From assembly GCF_006345805.1 (NCBI RefSeq), contig NW_021833230.1, forward strand, positions 1-64,000: a stretch of DNA of 64,000 nucleotides. The letters run 5' to 3'. Source of the DNA: Octopus sinensis (Eukaryota). The notes below the pieces were generated by a model, which was not told the DNA's origin, ran no database searches, and saw nothing but the letters and a program-made list of their open reading frames with translations. This document shows, in pieces, positions 1 to 15,494 of this stretch. A program made the position numbers and the translations under genes. Numbering within the stretch: position 1 is the first letter of the stretch; the number at the start of each line of letters is the position of its first letter.

Positions 1-125
1 TCTTTGATTCTTTCTTATTTTCTTTCTTTCTTTCTTTCTGCATATCTCCATCTCCCTCCTTATCCCCCCCTTTCCAATCATTCATTCACTTATCTGTTTA
101 TCTATAAGTATACATCTATGTTCAT

Positions 126-191
<66 letters not shown>

Positions 192-652
192 CATGCAAAT
201 AAAATGCGTTTTGCCTTGTTCACACACACAGACACACACACACACAACACATACACTACGAGCGCGCACAACCACATACATACACATTGCAAGCGTTATT
301 CAAGGTCAATCGGTTTAAATACAACTGGTCATGATTTGCATGCAAACCCCCATGCGAATCAATGACGGATGCTTGTAAGTAAATCTTGTCATAGTGTTTG
401 TGCTTCACCTCCAGTCAGTCGTCAACTACAAGCGAGCTAACTAATTTCGTAGCAGCCACATTCATACACTTTTACAGAAGATTGATTTTCGCGAAGAAAG
501 CTCCTCCGTTCGGAAGAGAGAGCCGTGCTGACATGACGCATTCCCTACAGACGAATATGACCGGCGGTGACATTCGCATTATTTAGTTAACAGAAGATTC
601 TGTTCGACATACTGATCCCTATTTTCTCATACTGCTTTCTTTTATAGGGATC

Positions 653-739
<87 letters not shown>

Positions 740-1352
740 TAACATACAGAGTAGGGGAAGCGGCCTGTTTTTTTATTTTACATACTTCCCTTAGAAAACG
801 AAAGTAAAATGAATGTACATGCTCGCACGCGCAGATGTGTGCATGCCTTTATGTATATGTTCGTACGTACATAAATACATACGTATGTGTGTATGTATAA
901 TTATATTATATATATATATATATATATATTGCATATATATATATATATATATATTAGCACATATATATATATATATACATATTAGCACACACACACCCAC
1001 ACACACACCCACACATATATATATATATATATATATATCAATATATATTAGCATATATATATATATTCACATATATATATATATATGTATGTATACAAAC
1101 ATGGAGGCACACAGGCAAACACAAACACACAGATACACGCACGCGCACGCACACACATATGAGCATAAGCAATGCACACGTGTGCATGCAGATGTATGCA
1201 TGTACATGTGTGCTTGTATTATATATATATATATACATACATGCTTATGTATGAATGTATGTATAATATATATATAATTATATGTTTGTGTGTGTATGTG
1301 TATGGATACGTACAAGCATATGTATATGCTAATATACATTTAATGATACATA

Positions 1353-1383
<31 letters not shown>

Positions 1384-1539
1384 TATATATATATATCTAT
1401 GTATACACACATGGACGCACACATACTCACAGATACACACACTCACACACACATATGAGCATAAGCAACGCACACGTTCATATGTGCATACGTGCACACA
1501 CATGCTCACTCTCACACAGAAAAAAGCATACATATGGAC

Positions 1540-1576
<37 letters not shown>

Positions 1577-2087
1577 TAATATACAAGATTTGATTGGATG
1601 TTAGTAGATATCTTTTTATCACTACTTTAATACTCGTTACGTTAAATATGTGAACACTTAATTTATATTCGTTGCGAAACTTTCGTACTTATCAAGAAAA
1701 TTCTGGAAAAATCTTCTGAAATGCCCACACACACACACACACACACACACACCACACACACACAACACCACACACACACACCACACACACACACAACACA
1801 CACACACACACCCACACACCCCACACAAACACACACACACAACACACACACACAACACACACACACACACACACCCACCCACACACACACACCACACACC
1901 ACACACACACACACCCACACACACACATACATACATACATACATAACATAATACATACATACATATACATACATACATACCTCATACATACATATGACGA
2001 GGTGTATGTGTGTGTGCATTTGTGTGTGTCTATGTGTGTGTATATGTATGTATATGTATATGCATGTATATATGTATATGTATATAT

Positions 2088-2304
2088 ATTTCACTACTGC
2101 CCACAAGGGGCTAAACACAGAGGGGACAAACGGATTATGTCGATTATATCGACCCCAGGGCGTAACTGGTACTTAATTTATCGACCCCGAAAGGATGAAA
2201 GACAAAGTCGTCCTCGGTGGAATTTGAACTCAGAACGTAACGGCAGACGAAATACGGCTACGCATTTCGCCCGGTGTGCTAACGAGTCTGCCAGCTCGCC
2301 GCCT
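2088..2304 (-). mobile_element. tRNA-headed SINE family 1, tail type A
   Basis: Head GGCGGCGAGCTGGCAGA..GTTAGCAC (A-box-like), GTTCAAATTCC (B box), core CTTTCATCCTTTCGGGGTCGATAAA..GTACCAG, tail CCCCTCTGTGTTTAGCCCCTTGTGGG. Confidence 0.9.
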
Positions 2305-2978
2305 TTCTCATGTATATGTATATATGTGTGTGTATGCATGAATATATACATGTATATATATATGTATATGTATGCATATGTATATGTATGCATATGTATA
2401 TGTATATATCTATATGTATATATGTATGGGTCATGTGTATCTGTATGTTTATATATACATACATAAACATACATATATATATATGTATGTTTATATATGT
2501 GCATATATATATTTATATGTATATATATATGTGTGTGTATATGTGTGTGTGTGTGGGTGTGTGTGTGTGTGTTTGTATGTGTGTGCGTATGTGTGTGTGA
2601 AGTAGAAATGAAAATAAATGGGTATAATTCTGAGATCCTGATTTATACATAATGTACAACTTTTATTTTCGGTTAACTAGGAACAGTCAAGAGACTACAT
2701 ACCGACCAAGTAACCAACCAAGGAAACTAACGAACTCCGATGTAGAAATTAATAGAAAAATAAATAAATAACTGAACGAAAGTCTTATTTTTTCTTCGTT
2801 TTTTTTTTTTTTGTTTTTGAAGTGTTTTATGGCACAACGTCAATGAGTTTTAAGTCTAAGGCGGTAGGGAGGTGACAGGTGTTAGGTGGTGGTGAGAGAG
2901 AAGGGAAGAAAGAGAGGGATTGGCAGTGGGGTGAGGTTGGGGGAGCGAGCGAGCAAACGAGAGAGAGAGAGAGAGAGA

Positions 2979-3016
<38 letters not shown>

Positions 3017-4002
3017 AAGAGAAAGAGGGAGGGAAAGAGGTGACGTCATGCTAAGGGAACTCGTCAGTGTTGGAGATGAAGATTATCATAAAATAACTGA
3101 CCGAACTCTCAAGCGCCGAGAATGGAAGTTCATTATGAAAGCAATTTGTTGACGGAAAATTTATCATCAAACACTATAACCATTTTCACACACACGCACA
3201 CACACACACACAGAAACACACACACACACAACACACACACGCACGCACATACACACACACAAACATGCACTCACACACGTCAATAGAACACAGCCCACTG
3301 CAATGATAACGACGATGAGACCACCACTTCCAACCTTACCATCCCACATGTGCTACCACTGTCACCACAATCAACACCACTACCACCACCACCACCATCA
3401 CCACCACCAGCACCACCAGCACCACCACCACCACCATCACCACCACTGCAACAACAACCACTAATACTATTAACTAATACTGCCACCCAATAAAAATACA
3501 TTAATTGGAATATGCAGAAAAGTACAGATTCACACACACACACACACATTAAAACATACACACACATAAAACATACACGCAAAACACATATACTTACAAA
3601 TATGCATATACACACCATAAGAGAGAGAGATTCACACACACACACATACATGCGAAAGGTTATACATGCCAGTATTCATATGCACAAATATACATAGTGA
3701 CACACAAGCATACACATACATAATCACACACACACACACACACACACACGCGGATTCAGGAATCCGCAGACCGCATTCCTTATATAGTGTCACGTATATA
3801 TTATAAGCTATTACGTACATATGCGCAATCTCATATATAGTCGCCTGTATACACACGTAAAAAGTAGTATACAGACCTGAATGTATACACTCGAACATAT
3901 AGGTACATACATACATGCGTACTTACTTAACGTATACGTATAAACAATTATATATATATATACGTGTGTGCGTGTATACACATAAATGCATATATCTGTG
4001 GA

Positions 4003-4044
<42 letters not shown>

Positions 4045-4945
4045 ATACAAAATGGGACAAGAACTCAAAGCATCCGGACAGCTAGGTGATACAAAAAGGG
4101 ACAACAAAGCATCCAGATAGACGATACAAAGAAAACACAAGGACGGGTCATTCGAAGCCCTCTATCCTCAGTCAACCACCAGATTATCGTCGCAATTTCG
4201 GCTGATTAGACATACAGAATTAGGAAGGTAGTAGATTATATACATGTCTATAGTACTAAGACTTTGATAAAATAAATCCAGATAAATAGACGAGTTTCGA
4301 TAATATTGATATTGCTACTAAAACAGAAAGGAATGAAATTTTCATAAATTTTCTTTCTCGCACACAGTACCACGTTTTCCCCTCCCTTTCTAACTTCCAA
4401 TTGTTAGAAACGATATCCTACCTGGACCCTAAATCCTTTTCCCCTTTCTCTATTTTTTTTTGCCATATGCTTTTTTCATTGTTTTTATTTTTCCTACACC
4501 TTTTCTCGTTCTTTTATTTTTCTTTTATATCTTTTTTTGATGAAGGACTAACATCCGAAAGGTTAAAACGTTTTCTCTTCTTTTTAAGAGTTAACTAATA
4601 GAACATTTGTTAAAACTCCTCCATCCTGTTGTTGCCTTCTTTTTGTGTTCATTACATAATAAATGAATGTGAGCGTGTGCATGTATGTATGTACACGTGT
4701 GTGTGTGTGTGCAACAATTGCTCCATGTCTCCCCATTTCTATATGATTTAATCTCAGATTAGCCTACATTTTGTTTTGATAAGGGCTTTTAGAAACGAAA
4801 CACCATAATATAAATGAAACGACTTTGTTTTGCTTTAAATTTCATAACTTCAATTCTAACTCTCACTGTAAAGCTTTGTAAATCATTTTAACATCGTTAC
4901 ACCATGCTCCGTGTAAAGTACATTAATGACGTGTATATATATATA

Positions 4946-5342
4946 ACTAGCAGTATCGCCCGGCGTTGCTCGGGTTTGTAAGGGAAATAACTATATAAGC
5001 ATTTTTAGAGATGTAAAGTATAATAGCCATCTCAATATGGCTAATCACAATGGGGGGGGGTTACTGTAGCTTTTTACTTTCTGAGATTTAATAATACATT
5101 TTTAGAGAGTTACTTCCCTTATATATGCCAAAAATGCATTAAAAATGGGAAAAATTGATGGTAATATTTTTTTAAATCGTAGACTCATCGTAGACGCGCG
5201 CTATTACCCAGAAGGGCTTGATATGAATCACGACTATAAGATACCCGGTTTTGGTTAAACTGCACCGCAAAATGTGGGAGTTGTTAGGAATCTAAATCGT
5301 AGGAGACAGACAGCACACAACCTCACTTTTATATATTAAGAT
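4946..5342 (+). mobile_element. Non-autonomous Helentron/Helitron-like (Lep1/DINE-type) element, copy 1
   Basis: Starts ACTAGCAGTATCGCCCGGCGTTGCTCGGG (short subterminal hairpin-like GC block) and ends GACAGACAG..CACTTTTATATATTAAGAT. No TIR or TSD. A second copy lies at 6081-6480. Confidence 0.7.
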
Positions 5343-5501
5343 ATCTGTATGTATGCGTGCGCGCGTGTGTGTATGTATGAATTCACAGACTCTTTTATTA
5401 TCAAATTACATACATACTCGCAAGCCAACACAAACACTAAATACCAACACTGTCATAGTTGTCGTCGTTGTCATTATCATCATCATCATCATCATCATCA
5501 T

Positions 5502-5850
5502 CACCTTTCATCGATGTAAGGGGTCGATAAATTAAGTACCAGTGAAACATTGGGGGTCGATATAATCGATTACTCCCCTCCATCAAAATTTCAGGTCTTA
5601 TACCTTTAGTAGAAAGGATTATTATTATCAACATTAAGGCGGCGGGATGGCAGAATCGTTAGAAATGCCGGGCTTTAACAATATTTTGTTTGTCTTCACG
5701 CTCTGAGTTCAAATTCCGACGAGGTGGACTTTGCCATTCATCCTTTCGGGGTCGTCGATAAATTAAGAACCAGTAATGTATTGGGGCCGATGTAATTGAC
5801 TTAATCCCTTCCCTCAAATCTGAGGCCTTGTGCTTCCAGTAGAAAGGATA
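5502..5850 (+). mobile_element. Two SINE family 1 copies, tail type B (one headless)
   Basis: Same core; tail AAATTTCAGG.CTT.T.C....GTAGAAAGGATT followed by (ATT)n. Confidence 0.85.
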
Positions 5851-5899
5851 ATAATAACAATAATAATAATAATTATTATTAATATTATTATTGTTTTTG

Positions 5900-5985
<86 letters not shown>

Positions 5986-6080
5986 TTTATTATTTTTATT
6001 ACCAACACAGATATTACTGACAACTGCGACGATCGCGATCAGTAATATCAACACATAATGAGGATATTTCTCTACGTATA

Positions 6081-6480
6081 ATCTTTATATATAAAAGTGA
6101 GGTTGTGTGCTGTCTGTCTCCTACGATTTAGATTCCTAACTACTCCCACATTTTGCGGTGCAGCTTAACCAAAACCGGGTATCTTATAGTCGTGATTCAT
6201 ATCGAGCCCTTCTGGGTATTAGCGCGCGTCTACGATGAGTCTACGATTTTAAAAATAATTTACCATCAATTTGTCCCATTTTTAATGCATTTTTGGCATA
6301 TATAAGGGAAGTAACTCTCTAAAAATTTTATTATTAAATCTCAGAACGTAAAAAGCTACAGTAACACACCCCCCTTTGTGGTTAGCCATATTGAGATGGC
6401 TATTATACTTTACATCTCTAAAAATGCTTATATAGTTATTTCCCTTACAAACCCGAGCAACGCCGGGCGATACTGCTAGT
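6081..6480 (-). mobile_element. Non-autonomous Helentron/Helitron-like element, copy 2 (inverted)
   Basis: Full-length reverse complement of 4946-5342 with scattered differences. Confidence 0.7.
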
Positions 6481-6666
6481 TCTCTATTATTTTTTACGTA
6501 TGTTTCTTGCGCTTCTCTGCCTTTTCTTTTTGCATTTTACTGTCTCCTTCGTAATTTATAAAAATTGTGGAAGGATGTATGAAAGTGCTGGTATTTTTAC
6601 CTTTACGTAGTCGAGATGGTTGTGATGGATGGTAATATCTGAGGTTCTCTCGTGCTGCTGGTACGA

Positions 6667-6726
<60 letters not shown>

Positions 6727-6959
6727 GGGAGAGAGAGAAACCGTTCTTTTCTGTATGCTTCTTTAACTTTGTTGCTACAGAGCTTCTTTTGTATATGAAG
6801 CTTCATAAAGTCGGAGTCGCTGTGTTTGGTAAAAGATGGAAGGATGCGTATGTCATGTCAGCTATATATCAGGCTGTATATATGTTTTGAGATGTTTTGA
6901 AAGATTGAAAAGCATGGAGAAGACGGATCGTAAGAAACTGCGATCAAATCTGCTGTAAA

Positions 6960-7785
6960 TATTGGTTTCAAATTTTGGCACATGACCATCAATTTCGAGG
7001 GAGGGGTTTATCAGTTATATCGATCCCAGCGTTCAACTGGTACTTATTTTTTTTTTAAGGCCAAAAAGATGAAAGATAAAGTCGACCTCGGTGGAGTTTG
7101 AACTCAGTACGTGAAGACAGATGAAATGTAGCTAAGTACTTTGCAGGGACATTAATGATTCTCCCAGCTCGCTGCCTAAATCTGCTTCAACTATTATGCT
7201 CAAAGAGGTAATGAGCTGGCAGAAATGTTAGCACGCCGGGCGAAATGCTTAGTGGTATTTCGTCTGCCGTTACGTTCTGAGTTCAAATTCCGCCGAGGTC
7301 GACTTTGCCTTTCATCCTTTCGGGGTCGATAAATTAAGTACCAGTTACACACTGGTGTCGATGTAATCGACTTAATCCGTTTGTCTGTCCCTGTTTGCCC
7401 CTTCTGTGTTTAGCCCCTTGTGGGTAGTAAAGAAATAGGTATCTCATCTGTCTCTACGTTTTGTCGAGTTCGACTTCGCCATTCATCCTTCGGGATCGAT
7501 GAAATAAGTACCAGTTACGCACAGGGGGCGATGTAATCGATTTAACTCCTTTCTCCAAAATTTCAGGCCTTATGTTTTTAGTGTAAAAGAATCGTTAGCA
7601 CGCCAGGAAAATGCTTAGCGACACATCGTCCGTCCTTACGTTCAGCGTCCAAATTCTGTCGACTTCGACTTTGCCTTTCATCCTTTCGGGATCGATGAGA
7701 TAAACATTAGTCAAGTACTGTGGTCGATGTAATCGACTTACCGAACTCCATCGAACTTGCTGCCAAAATTTGAAACCAGTATTAA
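6960..7785. mobile_element. Cluster of SINE family 1 copies (minus-strand B copy; plus-strand A+B dimer; further copy)
   Basis: Repeated head/core motifs; junction AGAAATAGGTATCTC at 7431-7446. Confidence 0.85.
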
Positions 7786-9509
7786 GATCACGTTCTTCAA
7801 AGGTGATTATTTCTGTCTTGCTGTTATTGAGATTGTAGTAATTTTGGCTTGGTGTTATAGTAGTGGTGGTCATTTAATTTGGCTATTTTGGTTTTATAGT
7901 ATTATGGCAATTATCTAGCTCGGAGGTGTAGAGACATGTATTTAGTTTGGCGCGAACTTAGTTTTCTGATGTAGTATTACGTATTTGGTTTGGTGGCATG
8001 ATGGTGGTCACTTTTCCTTGGTGGTACTGATTGTATTTATTTGGTGATGTGGTGTTTATTTGGTTAGATGATGTGTTGGTGGTCATCGAATTTGTTGGTC
8101 TGGCGTTGAGCTGGCAGCCATTTGACTTGCTGGAGTGGCAGTGATATATATTAAGGTTCACGGGGTTGCGTATTTTTGATTTGGTGTGTTGCGGCTCCTT
8201 GGTTTGGGGATGCGGGAATTGTTTGGTTTGGCGGTGTGATTGTATGTATTTAATTTTGTTGATGATGTGGCGTTTATTTTTGTCTGGTGGTATGATGGTG
8301 TATATATCTTGTTAGGCGTTGTGTGTGGGGGGTGTGTGTGCTTATATTCATTTTGGCGGCGCGTTGATGCCTAGTTTTGATGTGGGAGCGGTGGTGATTA
8401 TTTGGTTTGCATGAGAGACGGAGGTCATATTAGTTTGCTGTTAGGGTGTAATGGAGGTTATTTCGTTTGTTGTTCGGCGGTGATGTGATGACTGTCTTGT
8501 AGTGTTGCAGTGATTGACTATGATGGTAAATATTTGTGTAGGTGGCGTTAGTGGTAGCGATGAAAGTGGCGGTGACGGTGACGGTGGCGGTGGAGACAGC
8601 AGTAGCGTTGGAAATGGAGCTGGTGGTGGCGGTTGCAAAGCCTGTCTGGTGGTGATGGTTATTTTTATTTCGCTGTTAGTGATAGTGGTAATTATTTAGG
8701 TTTGGCGGTGATGATGGCGTGGGGGAGCTGATAGCTATTTGTATTTGGGAGTCCGCTGTTGTTTATTTGATTTGGTGTCAGGATGTGATGGCGATCTTAG
8801 TTCGGTATTATGGCGATGGTATTTATTTAAATTCAGTGGTGCAGTGGTAGTAATTATTTTGATTTTTGAGGTGTGATGTAGTCATTTATTTATTTATTTA
8901 TTTTTCGTGGTGGTAGCTATTTTGATTTGATAGTGTTCCTGATGATGTGTTAGTGTTTGTGTGTGGAGGTGTAGTGGTAGTAGTAGTTATTTTGGTCTCG
9001 TGGTGCTGGTGTTGATGGTTATTTTAATCAGGGCAGATGAGGAAAATCTCATTATGAAGAAAACTGTCATCCATGTTCGACGGTAATTCGGCATATTATT
9101 TTCTGAAACTACAAAACATTGAACAAAATACAGAGATAACACGCAAAAAAAAAGCAAGAACAAAGGAAAAAATATGAATTAAATAAAAATCAACGTACAA
9201 GCAATTATAAAACAAAAAATGCTTCCACCCACCCTTTCACACCAAAAATAAAACAAAAACAAAGCAATAAAGAAAAACAATAATTAACTTTTTTTTTCCA
9301 TTTTTTTCAAAGCATACTACCTTCTACTGACCAATTTCTCAACATGGAGGCATTTCCGGTGAAACAACCATTATTTTTTGAGCGCCAAATGTTTCGGATT
9401 ATTGACACTGCAGGAAGTCATTGGCATCTGTTCATCAATTGATTAGAATCGTTCCAGAATTAACGGAATTAATTAATAATTATTATTATTGTTCTTGTCA
9501 TCGTTATTC

Positions 9510-9567
<58 letters not shown>

Positions 9568-10033
9568 TAATAATAATAATGAAAATAATTATAATATTGA
9601 TAAAATAACATCAACAGCAATAATAATTTCATTATTATTGTTATTTTTATTGCTGTTATTAATCTTATTATCTATGTTATTGCTGCTTTCATTTATATTA
9701 TTATAAACACCATCACGAACTTAATTAGTATTAGCATTGTTATTATTGTTGTTACTGGTATCTTCATCCTCCTCCTCCTCCTCATCATCATCGTCGTCGT
9801 CGTTGTCATCATTCCTGTTATCCTGATTGTTATTTGTACCTCAGGCTCCAGTTTTTGTAATCCCGTACCGCAACCAATTCAGTTTTAGGAATTTGCTTTC
9901 GTAACATCCCTTCGTGCGTCGCCCTGGTGGCAGATAAAGAAATTGCTTCCATAATCATTATCATGCATAATTATTATGACATCACAGCTGTTCTTATTAA
10001 TGACATAATAACAACAACAGCAATAATAATAAT

Positions 10034-10237
10034 AATCCTTTCTACTAAAAGCACAAAGCCTGAAATCTTTGGGGACGGGACTAGTCGATCACATCGACCC
10101 TAGCGTTCGACTAGTACTTAATTTATTGATCCCGAAAGTCGACCTCAGCGGCATTTGAATTCGGATCGTAAAGACAGACGAAATGCCGCTAAGAATTTTG
10201 CCCGGCGTGCTAACGATTCTGCCAGCTCATCGCCTTA
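10034..10237 (-). mobile_element. SINE family 1, tail type B
   Basis: Reverse complement of head, core and B tail. Its 5' part is included in the inverted duplication. Confidence 0.85.
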
Positions 10238-10412
10238 ACAACAACAGCAGCAGCAGTAGCAGCAGCAACAATAACAACAACAACAGCAATTTCAAATTCT
10301 TGTCACAAGGGCTGCTTGGGGGAGGTGGAGATGAGCCGATTACATTGGCTCCAGTTTTCAACTGGCATTTATTTTATCGACCCCGACAATAATAATAATA
10401 ATAATAATAATA

Positions 10413-10444
<32 letters not shown>

Positions 10445-10597
10445 GAGGGGTTTATCATAGCAGCTCAAGATCAATGCCTGCCAACAAGAAACTACCAGGC
10501 ATACACGACATGTTGGGCTACTGCCGTTCTTTAATATGTTGGCCTGGTAGTTTCTTGTTGGCAGGCATTGATCTTGAGCTGCTATGATAAACCCCTC

Positions 10598-10641
<44 letters not shown>

Positions 10642-10891
10642 TATTATTATTATTATTGTCGGGGTCGATAAAATAAATACCAGTTGAAAACTGGAGCCAA
10701 TGTAATCGGCTCATCTCCACCTCCCCCAAGCAGCCCTTGTGACAAAGATTTGAAATTGCTGTTGTTGTTGTTATTGTTGCTGCTGCTACTGCTGCTGCTG
10801 TTGTTGTTAAGGCGATGAGCTGGCAGAATCGTTAGCACGCCGGGCAAAATTCTTAGCGGCATTTCGTCTGTCTTTACGATCCGAATTCAAA
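10154..10891. repeat. Near-perfect inverted repeat (~350-bp arms, 41-bp spacer)
   Basis: 10154-10500 is the reverse complement of 10542-10891, apart from a few substitutions and AAT-tract length. Mirrored ORFs appear in the track (10183+/10653-, 10316+/10358-). Confidence 0.95.
10444..10608. mobile_element. 5' piece of the same truncated Dong-like copy, present in both orientations
   Basis: EGFIIAAQDQCLPTRNYQA on + (10444-10500) and EGFIIAAQDQCLPTRNYQANILKNGSSPTCRVC on -. This matches the AAQDQ..CRxC region upstream of the CCHC knuckle. Confidence 0.8.
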
Positions 10892-11288
10892 GATCTTGAA
10901 ATAGAAATCAGCAAAATGTGGAAGCTGAAGACTAAAACAATACCTGTTGTCATAGGTGCCCTGGGAATGATAGCGAAAGGGACTGATTGCTACCTAACTC
11001 AGATACCAGGAAACCCCAAAATGGCAGAAATTCAAAAGATAGTGCTCATGAGAACTGCTCATATCCTACGCAAAATACTCTCTATGTAATCCCAAGGTTT
11101 AAAACAAACTTTTTTTTATTCTTATTTTTATTTTTTTTTATGTATTAGACATTCACTAGTACAACACCAAAAAAAAAAACAAAACAAAAAAAAAACAAAT
11201 ATATGGCACAGAACTTCCAACCTGTTGTCTCTTGAGGTCTCTGGGTGAGACTTGGAGCCAACTTGTACAGACATAAAGCAAAAGTCAA
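10892..11288 (+). mobile_element. 3' end of a second R4/Dong-like LINE family (ORF C-terminus + 3' UTR)
   Basis: Translates DLEIEISKMWKLKTKTIPVVIGALGMIAKGTD..IQKIVLMRTAHILRKILSM*, homologous to the C-terminus of the 11413-14410 element. Followed by a ~200-bp UTR and a (GAT)n/(AAT)n tract. Confidence 0.85.
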
Positions 11289-11312
11289 ATAATGATGATG
11301 ATGATGATGATG

Positions 11313-14410
<3,098 letters not shown>

Positions 14411-14433
14411 TAATAATAATAATAATAATAATA

Positions 14434-14509
<76 letters not shown>

Positions 14510-14517
14510 TAATAATA

Positions 14518-15063
14518 AACGCCGTGATGCAGTACCAGGCAGTGGCTCTCGTGGCTTCTGATCTTAACTAATTGGAAGTGGTATCATGTACATTGTTTTG
14601 TCTTGGTATAAAAGAAGGGATACAGCAAATATTCTGCTCAGTATCACAGATTTGCTTGTCAGTTGTTTGACCTTAACCAGTTGAGCATGTCCCTTAGTGG
14701 CTGACGATATGTGCATCTCTGATCACGAGCAGAAGTAGTGGGGGATCATCATAGCCATGTTTTGAGAGGGATTCTTTGGGGTTTGAATAATTCACCTTTG
14801 GAAACATGGCTGTTTTGTTCAACATCCTTAAACAGCCCTTATTCAGGGAGCTTTGTTACTCGACCAGAAAAAAATTCTAACTGGGCCCCACTTGCAAGGT
14901 CATGTGCTGTTTATCTTGATATGAGATCCCCATGTCACGCACATATGGTTGTGATGCATCCTCCTGGTGTACCCTTATCAGACAGGTAGTAATGATTGGT
15001 ATACTGGACTTTGTATATTTTACCCCAGTGTCACTTTGATGGCATGCACTGCTCTCTCACTCA
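14518..15063. mobile_element. ~550-bp non-coding interspersed element bounded by (AAT)n on both sides
   Basis: Complex sequence (GCCGTGATGCAGTACC...CTCTCTCACTC) with no RT-like ORF and no tRNA head, sitting between AAT tracts. Repeat status is inferred from context; only one copy is in this window. Confidence 0.55.
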
Positions 15064-15085
15064 ATAATAATAATAATTATTATTA

Positions 15086-15428
15086 TTTCTACTCTAGGCA
15101 CAAGGCCTTGAAAATTTTGGGGGAAAAGGGGCTAGTGGAGTTATCGACCCCGAAAGGATGAAAGTTGACCTCGGCTGAATTTGAATTCAAAACGTAGCGG
15201 CAGAGGAAATACCTATTTCTTTACTACCCACAAGGGGCTAAACACAGAGAGGACAAACAAGGACAGCGATTACATCGACCCCAGTGCGTAACTGGTACTT
15301 AATTTATCGACCCCGAAAGGATGAAAGGCAAAGTCGACCTCGGCGGCATTTGAACTCAAAACGTAACGGCAGACGAAATACGGCTACGCATTTCGCCCGG
15401 CGTGCTAACGATTCTGCCAGCTCGCCGC
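15086..15428 (-). mobile_element. SINE family 1 A+B dimer
   Basis: One head, an A-tailed unit, the junction AGAAATAGGTATTTC (revcomp at 15206-15220), then a headless B-tailed unit. Confidence 0.85.
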
Positions 15429-15447
15429 TCTAATTAATAACTATGAC

Positions 15448-15494
<47 letters not shown>

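Noticed and set aside
4140-4215. Hammerhead-like CTGAGGA and CGAAA on the minus strand (also ATGAAGG..GAAA at ~55750-55790)
   Set aside because: The required stems or core residues could not be completed; at most these are decayed Penelope-type ends.
6781-6848. Possible exon ELLLYMKLHKVGVAVFGKRWKDA (PH-domain-like start)
   Set aside because: Splice signals are plausible, but there is no compatible partner exon or convincing homology.
9915-9932. CTCF-like site CGCCCTGGTGGCAG
   Set aside because: Spacing differs from the CTCF core, and a single short match is expected by chance.
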